Assembly (NCBI GenBank): GCA_014382245.1 | Contig: JACNKC010000054.1 | Location: 631-64,630, forward strand | Direction of reading: 5' to 3' | Source of the DNA: Pseudomonadota bacterium | GTDB taxonomy: Bacteria > Desulfobacterota > Binatia > UBA1149 | Length of the DNA: 64,000 nucleotides | Shown: positions 26,893 through 35,004 of the stretch, one piece after another | How the letters are laid out: every line of letters starts with the position of its first letter | Position numbering within the stretch: the stretch's first letter is position 1 | Notes under the pieces: model-generated | What the model was told of the DNA's origin: nothing | The model's database searches: none | The model's input: the letters and a program-made list of their open reading frames with translations, nothing else | Translations under genes and position numbers: made by a program

Positions 26893-28152
26893 TCAGCCTC
26901 CAGGAGCCCCGGCCGGCATGGCTTGCCCCGGCACCAGCGGGCGCGGCCGGCCGCTGAATTCGCGCGAGAACGCGAAGCCCAGCGCCACAACCAGCAGCAG
27001 CGCGGCTGCCACCAGGTAGGTAGACTGGTAGCCGGCAACGGTCGCGAGCTCACCCAGTCCCCACGCACCGGCCGACATGCCTCCGTAGAAGGCGGCGACG
27101 AACAGAGCCATCATCCTGCCGTGCTCCCGCGCGGGAGTGGCCGCCAGCACCATGCCGTGCAGCGACGGAAAGAACAGGCCGTGGGCCAGGCCCAGCACCA
27201 GTCCCGCCAGGTAGAGCGCGTCGGCTCCCAAAAGCGGCGTTGCCGCGACGGCGGCCACGTACACGTGCAGGGAGACCACGGCCGTGCGAAAGCGTCCCAC
27301 GCGATCCGGAAGACCACCGAGCAGCAGGCGAACGAAGACCGCGGCCCCGGCGTAGGCTGCAAAGAACCCGGCCACCTGATCGCGACCGAGCTCGAGCGCC
27401 ATCGGCGGGGTAAAGGTAAACATCACCCCGAAGGCGCAGCCGGTAACGGCCGACACCAGGGCGTACTGTCGAGTTTGCCTGCGATCCATCATCGCGCGTC
27501 CGGTACCCCGGGCGGCCGGCGTTGCCGGAACGGCCGCGTCGCCTCCCGGAACGGCAAGCGCAAGCCCGGTAGCCAGGGTGGCTGACGCCGCCGCTATGGC
27601 GAACACCAGCCGCCAGCCGGCGGCGTGGGCCAGCGGCTCCATGAGCGCGGGCGCTATGGCGTTCATCACCAGCATGCTGGCGCCGACCAGCCCCATCGCC
27701 TGGCTCAGCCGTTCGCGCGGGGCCAGCCTGGCAACCAAGGCGTTGAGCGATGTGAACACCACTGTAAACGTGGCGCCGTGCACGGCTCGCAGCAGGTACA
27801 TGGCCGGGCCCACCGACTCGACGAAATAGAATGCCGCCGCCGACACTGCCATCGTGGCCGAACCCATGGCGGCCAGCCTCCCCAGCGCCACCCGGTCGGC
27901 CCAGCGGGCAACCAGCGGCGCGGCCAGGACCGTGGCCAGGGCGCAGGTAGCCGTAACCGATCCTATGGTATCGGCGCTGGCGCCCAGGTCACCAGCCAGC
28001 CACGCGGGCAGCAGGTAGAAGCTCGACATGGAAAACCCGTACGCTGACCCGCAGGCCAGCGCGGTCAGCAGGGCGCGGTTAAGCAGGGCCGGCCGGGTAT
28101 CGCGGGAACGATTCAGCCCACGGGAGGCGTTGTTTTGTCTTTGCGCATTCAT
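26893..28152 (-). CDS. MFS transporter
   Basis: 12-TM profile, Gly/Ala-rich helices, MFS motif region GRLAAMGSATMAVSAAAFYF. Start at the ATG on the minus strand around 28152 (MNAQRQ...). An in-frame upstream extension to 28314 was judged to be leader sequence. Confidence 0.85.
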   Translation of the reverse strand: MNAQRQNNASRGLNRSRDTRPALLNRALLTALACGSAYGFSMSSFYLLPAWLAGDLGASADTIGSVTATCALATVLAAPLVARWADRVALGRLAAMGSATMAVSAAAFYFVESVGPAMYLLRAVHGATFTVVFTSLNALVARLAPRERLSQAMGLVGASMLVMNAIAPALMEPLAHAAGWRLVFAIAAASATLATGLALAVPGGDAAVPATPAARGTGRAMMDRRQTRQYALVSAVTGCAFGVMFTFTPPMALELGRDQVAGFFAAYAGAAVFVRLLLGGLPDRVGRFRTAVVSLHVYVAAVAATPLLGADALYLAGLVLGLAHGLFFPSLHGMVLAATPAREHGRMMALFVAAFYGGMSAGAWGLGELATVAGYQSTYLVAAALLLVVALGFAFSREFSGRPRPLVPGQAMPAGAPGG

Positions 28153-28202
28153 GGCGTTCGGGCCCGCGCCGCCAGCTGCCGGGGGCCGTCGCTTCGCGCA
28201 AC

Positions 28203-28238
28203 AAAAAAGCCCTCCGGTCGCTAGTGCGACGGGAGGGC
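28203..28238 (-). terminator. Intrinsic terminator-like hairpin plus U6 on the minus strand, inside the 5' leader of the MFS transporter gene (possible attenuator or riboswitch expression platform)
   Basis: Minus-strand RNA: GCCCUCCCGUCGC-acua-GCGACCGGAGGGC-UUUUUUG, about 55 nt upstream of the MFS start. An upstream GGGAGGGC (28290 region) could pair with the 5' arm as an anti-terminator. Confidence 0.45.
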
Positions 28239-28457
28239 CATTCTCCTTGCCGTTTATCCTGTTGGTCAGGTAATCGGCTGCAGCCCTCCCGTGCCACTGG
28301 CGAGGCAGATCCACGCCACCGCCTGCTCGTGAGAAGCGGTGGTCGCGGCCAGGACGCCCGTTATCGGGGTCCCCGGCATATAAAGTGAGAGGGAGAACTG
28401 CATCGAAGAAATATTACTCGCTTCAGTTTGTATCGGCAAGCCATCGCACCCCAACCG

Positions 28458-28466
28458 GGGGGGGGA
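28458..28466. repeat. G9 homopolymeric tract (C9 on the minus strand) in the 440-bp divergent intergenic region
   Basis: ccaaccGGGGGGGGGatacagg read directly; about 125 bp upstream of the 28590 secreted-protein gene. Confidence 0.9.
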
Positions 28467-28589
28467 TACAGGGCTTTTCTCTTGACTCAGGACGGGACGA
28501 GGTGCTGACTTTCGGGCATACTGGCCAGGTTGAGGCGGTGTTGATCTAGGGGTATCCGATAGTCGGGCCGAGCCAGCAGGGGGACAGTA

Positions 28590-30872
28590 ATGATAAGCAG
28601 GCGTTTTTTTGTTGGTGTTTTGAGATCTTTTCACCGCGGATCAGCCGCGCTGGCGACGGCTCTCCTGATCTTCAGCCCGGCCGTAAGCCTGGCCGCCGGG
28701 AGTACGAGCATCCTGGCCGCCAAGTGCGATGCGGCAATGTTCAAGACAGCGGGCAAGCTCCTGTCGTGCCGCCTGCGCGTTGACTCCAAGGCGGTAAAAG
28801 GCGGCGTGATGGCCGACTACTCCAAGTGCTCCGCCAAGTTCAACAAGAAGTGGGACAAGCTGATAGTCAAGGGTGCAGGTGAATGCGCGCCGGGGGCAGA
28901 AAGCTCGACCGTGGGCGCGACCCTGGACGACCAGGCCGGCGAGTTGGCGGCCGCGCTGGCGGGCAGCGGCTCGGACCCGGCTGCCAGGAAGTGCGAATCT
29001 GCTAAGCTCAAGGAGACCGGCAAGTACAGCTACTGTCGGCTCAAGGAAGACTCCAAGGCTGCAAAGAAGGGGTCAATCCAGGGCTATACACGTTGCCGCG
29101 ACAAGTTCGCGGCCAAGTGGGCAAAAATCGAGGCGCGCGGCGGTAGCAGTTGCCCGACCCTGGGCGATGTCGCCGCCATAGACGTCAGCGTGGTGGGTCA
29201 CGCTGGCCAGATCACGGTGGCCGTGTCGACGCGCAGCGACGAATTGAAGTTTGTCACGGTCGCCCCGACCTTCGTGACGGGAGCACCCTACGCCTCGGTG
29301 GATCCCGACCAGGGTGACCCCAACACCAGGGACGAGGAAGACGAGGGGCGCATGATAGTGCCCGACGGCCCGCTGGTAGGCGATCTTAACCCGGCCAACG
29401 ACGAGACCACCGTGGCGTCGCTCGATGGCGGCGTGTGCGCGGGCAAACCCGGGCAGTCCTGCAACGGCGACAGCGAGTGCCCCGACTGGGGCCGTTGTAT
29501 CAACTCCGAGGCCGTCCCCTGCACCGACCCGGCCGGCCAGGGTTGCTCGTGCAGCTCGAACGGGCAGCTTGCCTGCGCGACCGACGCCGATTGCCAGGAG
29601 TGCCTGGCGCCGGCTCGCGCGGCCGGGCGCGCCCCGGTGACCTTTCCGCGCATAACGGTTTTCCAGGGGGCCGTGTCTGCCTTGCCGTCGCTCAACCCAC
29701 CCGATTCAAATGTCGCCAGCGGCGGCGACAACAGCGTGGTGCTGGCTTCGGGCAACACCTACGCGGCTCTTTCGACCGACGGCGGTGCGACATTCGCAGG
29801 GGTGAACCCCTCCACCGTGTTTCCCAGTGCCGCGGTGGCCGGCGTGCACGGCGGGCTGTGCTGCGACCAGGTGATTCAGTACGTACCCGGGATAGACCGC
29901 TTCGTCTGGCTGATGCAGTACTGGAGGGATGCCACCGGGCCCAACATGCTGCGCATCGCCTCGGCCAGTGCCTCGGCCGTGGTTTCGAGCGGGGCCACTG
30001 CGTGGACTTACTGGGATCTCCCCTCCACCCTGTTCGGCCTGGGTACGGGCTGGATGGACTACCCGGACCTGGCCGTCGGCGACAACCATCTTTACATGAG
30101 CGTGGACCAGGTGGGCGTGGGCTTGCTGGTGGCGCGCATATCGCTGGCCCAGGTACAGGCCGGCGGCAGCATCAACATCGGCTACACCAACCCGGCCTTG
30201 TCGAGCACTGCCTACTTCAGCCACCTTACCCAGAACACCGGTGACGAGATTTTCTGGGCCGGCCACAACAACAGCAGCCAGATGCAGGTGTTTTCGTTGC
30301 ATTCGGCGTCGAACACTTACTTCTGGCGCAACGTCAATATCAACAGCTGGAACAACACCACTGCCAACTACACGTCTACCGCGGCAGACGGGACCGACTG
30401 GTACAGCTCGGCGCGCGGGGTAGGCGGGTCGTGGATAATCGGCGCGGCGCGCGCGGGTAACGACATCTGGTTCGCGTGGAACGCCGCCTCGGGCGGCGGC
30501 TTTGCCCAGCCTCACTCGCAGCTGGTGCGCGTCAATCCGTCCACCTACAACCTTGTCAGCCAGCAGCAGGTATGGAACGGCTCTGTTGCCTTCAGCCACC
30601 CCTGCCTGTCGTCGAGCCCGGCGGGCGAAATCAGCATGTCGCTGGCCTTTGGCGGTGCGGCCTTCGACGCCAGCCACGCAGTGGGCTACTGGGGAGACTA
30701 CGTGGTCTACTACCCACGCCTGAGCGATCACTCACTGGGCAGGCAGGGCGACTACTACGGGCTCAGGCGGGCGTCGCCGGACGCGAACCAGTTCTCGGCC
30801 TCGGGCTACAGCAGGCAGACCGTCGCGGGCACGCAACGCTACGAGCCGCATTACATTTTGTTCGGGAGGTAG
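28590..30872 (+). CDS. Large secreted protein: signal peptide, two tandem 4-Cys basic modules, Cys-rich linker, C-terminal roughly 450-aa beta-rich (BNR/propeller-like) domain
   Basis: MISRRFFVGVLRSF...AVSLAAG signal. Repeats AAKCDAAMFKTAGKLLSCRLRVDSKAVKGGVMADYSKCSAKFNKKWDKLIVKGAGEC and ARKCESAKLKETGKYSYCRLKEDSKAAKKGSIQGYTRCRDKFAAKWAKIEARGGSSC. Linker CAGKPGQSCNGDSECPDWGRCINSEAVPCTDPAGQGCSCSSNGQLACATDADCQEC. C-terminal motifs SGNTYAALSTDGGATF are BNR-like. Confidence 0.75.
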   Translation: MISRRFFVGVLRSFHRGSAALATALLIFSPAVSLAAGSTSILAAKCDAAMFKTAGKLLSCRLRVDSKAVKGGVMADYSKCSAKFNKKWDKLIVKGAGECAPGAESSTVGATLDDQAGELAAALAGSGSDPAARKCESAKLKETGKYSYCRLKEDSKAAKKGSIQGYTRCRDKFAAKWAKIEARGGSSCPTLGDVAAIDVSVVGHAGQITVAVSTRSDELKFVTVAPTFVTGAPYASVDPDQGDPNTRDEEDEGRMIVPDGPLVGDLNPANDETTVASLDGGVCAGKPGQSCNGDSECPDWGRCINSEAVPCTDPAGQGCSCSSNGQLACATDADCQECLAPARAAGRAPVTFPRITVFQGAVSALPSLNPPDSNVASGGDNSVVLASGNTYAALSTDGGATFAGVNPSTVFPSAAVAGVHGGLCCDQVIQYVPGIDRFVWLMQYWRDATGPNMLRIASASASAVVSSGATAWTYWDLPSTLFGLGTGWMDYPDLAVGDNHLYMSVDQVGVGLLVARISLAQVQAGGSINIGYTNPALSSTAYFSHLTQNTGDEIFWAGHNNSSQMQVFSLHSASNTYFWRNVNINSWNNTTANYTSTAADGTDWYSSARGVGGSWIIGAARAGNDIWFAWNAASGGGFAQPHSQLVRVNPSTYNLVSQQQVWNGSVAFSHPCLSSSPAGEISMSLAFGGAAFDASHAVGYWGDYVVYYPRLSDHSLGRQGDYYGLRRASPDANQFSASGYSRQTVAGTQRYEPHYILFGR

Positions 30873-30928
30873 GCTTCGGGAGCTGGGCTTCGGGAGCTGG
30901 TAGCGGGATAGCTCCGGGCACGGCGACT

Positions 30929-31702
30929 TCAGCCAGCGGCGACTTTTCTTGCGGCCACGATAGTGCTGCGCGCGCACAAGGTGCGCCAGCTGTTCATCGC
31001 CGCGAGTGCTGTAGAGTTGTCGGCCAGCAGGCCGGGGGTCTTGCGCGCCATGCGACGCCGCGACTTCCACTCCGACAGCTTGATCAGCGGCCAGGCCAGC
31101 GGCAGCATCGCCAGGGCCGAGCTCTTGAAGCGATCGTGGTGGTGGGCCACTTGCTCGAAACCGGCCCGAGCCATTCCCCAGTTCAGGTAGTAGGGGTGCA
31201 TGGGCATTATGTGTCCCGACAGGTAGCGGGCTGACTCTTCGTCGGTGGCCAGGGGCCCGAACAGCATCCAGAAGCCCCGCCCTGCAAACGCCAGCCTCGA
31301 GTTGAGGTTGAGCAGGTTGGGGGTCGTGACCACCGCCAGGCCACCGGGGCGTAGCACGCGATAGATTTCGCGCAGGAAGGCGTAAGGGTTTTCCAGGTGC
31401 TCTACGACTTCCACCGAGTACACGCAGTCAAAGCTCGCGTCGTCGTAGGGCAGGGAGTCCATGAAACGCATGCCACGGCACTCGACTCCCTCGCAGTCGA
31501 AGTAGTCGGGAAACAGGTCGCAGGCCGCCAGTACCTGCCCGGGGTCGAGTCCCTCGTCGCGCGCGTGATCAGCCAGCAGGCGGGCGAGGTAGCCGTTGCC
31601 CGCGCCCAGGTCGAGCAACCGTCGGTCGCGTAGCCCTCCCTCGGTCACCAGCTCGAGTACGCGAGCGTTGGTTGTGGGGTTTGAAAGTGGTTGCGGGTCC
31701 AT
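30929..31702 (-). CDS. Class I SAM-dependent methyltransferase
   Basis: LLDLGAGNGYLARLLADH (motif I GxGxG) and VVEHLENPYAFLREIYRVLRPGGLAVVT (motif II/III). Confidence 0.8.
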   Translation of the reverse strand: MDPQPLSNPTTNARVLELVTEGGLRDRRLLDLGAGNGYLARLLADHARDEGLDPGQVLAACDLFPDYFDCEGVECRGMRFMDSLPYDDASFDCVYSVEVVEHLENPYAFLREIYRVLRPGGLAVVTTPNLLNLNSRLAFAGRGFWMLFGPLATDEESARYLSGHIMPMHPYYLNWGMARAGFEQVAHHHDRFKSSALAMLPLAWPLIKLSEWKSRRRMARKTPGLLADNSTALAAMNSWRTLCARSTIVAARKVAAG

Positions 31703-31743
31703 GTTCTTGACGAGTTTTCGACGAGTTGTTGATGACCCGCGCG

Positions 31744-32973
31744 TCAGACTCCCTGGCTAGCCGGCAGGAGGTAAAACCACAGCGGCTGTGCGACGCCCGC
31801 TTCTTTCATGGCCGCGGCCGCCGCGCGGATGACCTTGCCGGTTTCGGTCTGGCGGTAAATCCAGTTCTCGGTCTGCCGGGCCGCGGGCACGTGGTCGGCC
31901 AACTGCATGGCCGCCAGCTCGTAGTAGCAGCGTAGGTCGTGGCCGGCCGCCAGCAGGTCGCCGCCGGGGATGTCGGCGTCTTCAAAGGGCGTACCGTCGG
32001 CTATGCGCACGAAGGCCGCCACCGCGTCGGGCACGCTGTCTGCGGTCAGCTTTTTGCCGAAGCCCGAGCGCAGGGCGTTTTCGCCGGCGCGCTCAAAGGC
32101 CGCGCGCAGTCCGCGTGCTTCTTCAACGGCCGGGTGACTGTCGCCGTCGTGGCGCGGGGGCAGTGGGCATGAGAACTGCTCGGCCTGTTCGTCGACTATG
32201 ACCTCGGGGTAATCCAGCAGTACCGGGCCCGAGGGAGCCTCGAGCATCTCGAAGGCGGCGCGCAGAACTCCGCGTTGAAACTTCGCATCACCCGGACGCC
32301 CCAGCGGTCGTCCCAGCGGAAACTCGCAGTGCATCATGCGCGGCGCGTGCACGCGCTCGGCCTGTCCGCGAACCGACGACAGGCTCACTGTCGCCAGCCC
32401 TGCCTGCTCAAAAACGTGGGCGAGCACACCAACGGTGCGCGTGCAGAACGGTCATATGGGGGTGAGCACAACGATGTCGGTTCCGTCGCGCTTGAGGCGT
32501 TCGGCGCAGGCCGGTCCGCTGTCCAGGCGCATGGTTTCAAGGTTGTGGTCAGGCTGGGCACCCATGAAGGAGTAGTGCCGCGGGGCCACGCTGCCAATGC
32601 TGCCGTCAGCCGCCAGTTCGGCCAGGCGCTTGACGGGAAACACCACCTCGGGGTCGGCCATGAAACCGCTGCGGTCGAAGTTGGGGCTGAAGTGCGCGAG
32701 CGCCAGCTTGTCTGCGTCCACGGGGATCTCGGTGAAGGCCTGGTCACCGGGTGCCCAGTAGGTGTCTCCGTCCGTGCGCAGGCCGGCAGTGGTCACGATG
32801 GCCACCTGGGCCTCGGCCAGCAGTCGCGGTTTGGTGAACGCGGTGTTGTCGAAGTCGTAAACGGGGATGTCGTTGACGAACTGTCGCAGCAGCACGTCTC
32901 CCTGGGGATCGTCGCCCTGTTCCTGGTCGCCCTGGTTTTTTTCGGCCCGCGGCTGGTCACTCATGAGCGACAA
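31744..32973 (-). CDS. Glycine/betaine/proline reductase 'selenoprotein B' (GrdB/PrdB)-like family protein with a single in-frame TGA (32454..32452); candidate selenocysteine codon (TPI-U-PFC)
   Basis: Track ORFs 32452..32973 and 31744..32427 are in the same frame and are separated only by one TGA: ...DIVVLTPI-TGA-PFCTRTVGVLAHVFEQAGLATV... Together about 409 aa, the size of GrdB-family proteins. The UxxC motif and a downstream hairpin support recoding over pseudogenisation. Confidence 0.55.
32424..32440 (-). promoter_or_regulatory. SECIS-like hairpin 11 nt downstream of the in-frame UGA: GCGCACC-GUU-GGUGUGC
   Basis: mRNA UGA-CCGUUCUGCAC-[GCGCACC GUU GGUGUGC]-UCGCC. A 7-bp stem including one G-U pair, with G and U in the apical loop. 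The spacing from UGA matches the bacterial SECIS arrangement (about 11 nt to the stem). Confidence 0.35.
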
Positions 32974-33061
32974 TTACCACGGCGCCGCCGAAGCCGAAAG
33001 GCCGGTGTGCCTGTACGGTGGCAACGGGCTATAGCTGTTGCCGGGAGAAAGGGGCAAGCAC

Positions 33062-34012
33062 ATGGAACTCACGCAGCTAGCAGATTCGATTTACGCGGTT
33101 ACGCAGCTTGGCAAGGCCACTGTGCTGGGCTGGAGCAACTCGGGCCTGGTCGATTCGGGCGACGGGCTGGTGGTCGATACTTTCTGGGACCGCCCGCTGA
33201 CCGACGAACTGTTGGGGCTTTACGCGGGCATTCGCCCGGAGCGTCCCGGCACGCTGGTCAACACCCACCACAATGTTGACCACACCGGCGGCAACTCGGC
33301 CATGCGCGGAGCGCGCATAATCGCCCACGCCAACTGCGCGGCCGCGATGCAGGCAGAGGCCGGGATGCACGGCTTGTTCCAGGCCCTGGCCGACGCTGAC
33401 CCGGCCACCCTCGAGCCCGCGCAGGCTGCGCTGGCCGAGGAGCTGCGCCCTTTTGACCACGCGAGCGTGGAGCTGGAGCTGCCCACCGAATCGGTCGTGG
33501 AGGCCACCGAGCTTGATCTTGGCGGCACGGTAGTGCGGCTGGTCCCCATGGGCCCGGCGCACACCGACAACGACATGGTCGTTCACCTTCCGGAGCAGAA
33601 CGTGCTGTTCACCGGCGATCTGCTTTTCAACCAGTGCACGCCCATAGGCTGGGCCGGCACCACGCAGCTGTGGATGGACTCGCTCGACGCCATGGTGGCG
33701 CTTGAGCCCGAGGTGGTAGTGCCCGGCCACGGGCCGGTGTGTGGTACTGACGGCTTGCTGGGTCTGCGCGATTACTTTGCCTACGTGTTGCGAGAGGCGC
33801 GCGTGTTTTTTGACCGCGGCGTGGCGGTGGACGACGCCTGCCGGCAGATAGACCTCGGGCCCTACGGCGAGTGGGAGGCCCCCGAGCGACTGGTGTTCAA
33901 CGTGCAGCGCTCTTACAACGAGTTTGCCGGCGACACCGACGCCACGATAGACGCGGCCGACATGATGTCGCGCGCGTTCGCCCTCAAGCCCGCCCTCAAG
34001 CCCGCGCGCTGA
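33062..34012 (+). CDS. MBL fold metallo-hydrolase
   Basis: TLVNTHHNVDHTGGN (HxHxDH), downstream His/Asp ligands (TDNDMVVH, VPGHGP). Confidence 0.85.
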   Translation: MELTQLADSIYAVTQLGKATVLGWSNSGLVDSGDGLVVDTFWDRPLTDELLGLYAGIRPERPGTLVNTHHNVDHTGGNSAMRGARIIAHANCAAAMQAEAGMHGLFQALADADPATLEPAQAALAEELRPFDHASVELELPTESVVEATELDLGGTVVRLVPMGPAHTDNDMVVHLPEQNVLFTGDLLFNQCTPIGWAGTTQLWMDSLDAMVALEPEVVVPGHGPVCGTDGLLGLRDYFAYVLREARVFFDRGVAVDDACRQIDLGPYGEWEAPERLVFNVQRSYNEFAGDTDATIDAADMMSRAFALKPALKPAR

Positions 34013-34865
34013 CCATCCAGCTGCGGCCGGGCATGATCACGCCGCGCTCGGCGCTGTAGTAAGGCTCGAGTGCTTCGCGCACCGCGCCGCGGGCGGCCTC
34101 GGCGGCCTGGGCGTCGGCCTCGCGCACGGCCTGTGCGGCCGGTCCCATCTGCAGCATGAACTCGACGGTCTGGTCCAGCTCGGCGCCGCCACCGACTTCC
34201 ATTTCTACTTCGAAGGGCTCGACCAGAAGGTCACCGAAGCCTGCCCCCTTGAGCAGTCCGAGCAGCCGCTCGCGGTCGGCAAAGGCGAAGGGCCCGGGCG
34301 CGTTCGGGTCGGAGGGTAGCTCGATTGCAACGTGGGCCAGGGCCGCGCGCGTGGGTTCGAACATCCACGGGTTTTCGGTAATGGCCTGCCAGCACACGAA
34401 AGACATCCTGCCGTCGCCCTCTATTGCGCGCCTGAGGTTGCCGAGCGCGGTTACGGGGTCGTCAAAGAACATCACCCCGAAGCGAGAGTACACGAGGTCG
34501 TAAGCCCCGGGCTCAAAGTCGTATACCTGGGCGTCGGCCACGAAGGCCTCTATATTTTTAAACCCGCCGCTCGCGGCACGTTCGTTGGCCCGCGCGACCA
34601 TGGGCGAAGACACGTCCACGCCCGTAACGCTCCCGCTCTCGCCCACATCTGCGGCAAGTTCGAGCAGTGTCTGCCCGCAGCCGCAGCCGACGTCGAGCAC
34701 TGACTCGCCCGCGCAGGGCGCGCCCCGACGCCGGGCCTCGACCCCCAGCGGTCCTATCAAGCGGTCGAGCGAGTCCTGCATGGCCACCCAGCGCGGGCCC
34801 GCGGTCTGGTCCCAGTAGTCGATCTGTTTTTCGTTGGTCGTGGTCGCGCTGCCTTCGTTCTGCAT
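33996..34865 (-). CDS. Class I SAM-dependent methyltransferase
   Basis: VLDVGCGCGQTLLELA motif I, DLVYSRFGVMFFDDP motif. Start at the ATG on the minus strand at 34865 (MQNEGSATTTNEKQIDYWDQ). Confidence 0.8.
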   Translation of the reverse strand: MQNEGSATTTNEKQIDYWDQTAGPRWVAMQDSLDRLIGPLGVEARRRGAPCAGESVLDVGCGCGQTLLELAADVGESGSVTGVDVSSPMVARANERAASGGFKNIEAFVADAQVYDFEPGAYDLVYSRFGVMFFDDPVTALGNLRRAIEGDGRMSFVCWQAITENPWMFEPTRAALAHVAIELPSDPNAPGPFAFADRERLLGLLKGAGFGDLLVEPFEVEMEVGGGAELDQTVEFMLQMGPAAQAVREADAQAAEAARGAVREALEPYYSAERGVIMPGRSWMVSARA

Positions 34866-35004
34866 GCGTGGGTTTTTACACGCTTGCAGCGTATTGAAAA
34901 GCACTTGGGCCCGGTCGTCGGCCGCGTGGCGGAGAGAAGTCCGCTGTTCGCGAAACAAAAAATACCCCTGCGGCTATCGGTGGTGGGCCGCCGGACAGGC
35001 TACA

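Noticed and set aside
28153-28314. In-frame upstream ATG (28314) that would add 54 residues (MDLPRQWHGRAAADYLTNRINGKENGPPVALATGGLFCCAKRRPPAAGGAGPNA) to the MFS transporter.
   Set aside because: The extension is hydrophilic, non-MFS-like and contains the terminator hairpin. The start around 28152 gives a conventional MFS N-terminus, so the upstream stretch is interpreted as a structured leader.
32452-32454. Alternative reading of the in-frame TGA in the GrdB-like gene as a pseudogene lesion or sequencing error.
   Set aside because: Not fully rejected, but disfavoured: both flanks keep intact reading frame and conserved-looking sequence, the codon sits in a UxxC context, and a hairpin lies at SECIS distance. 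Confirmation is needed (see finding).
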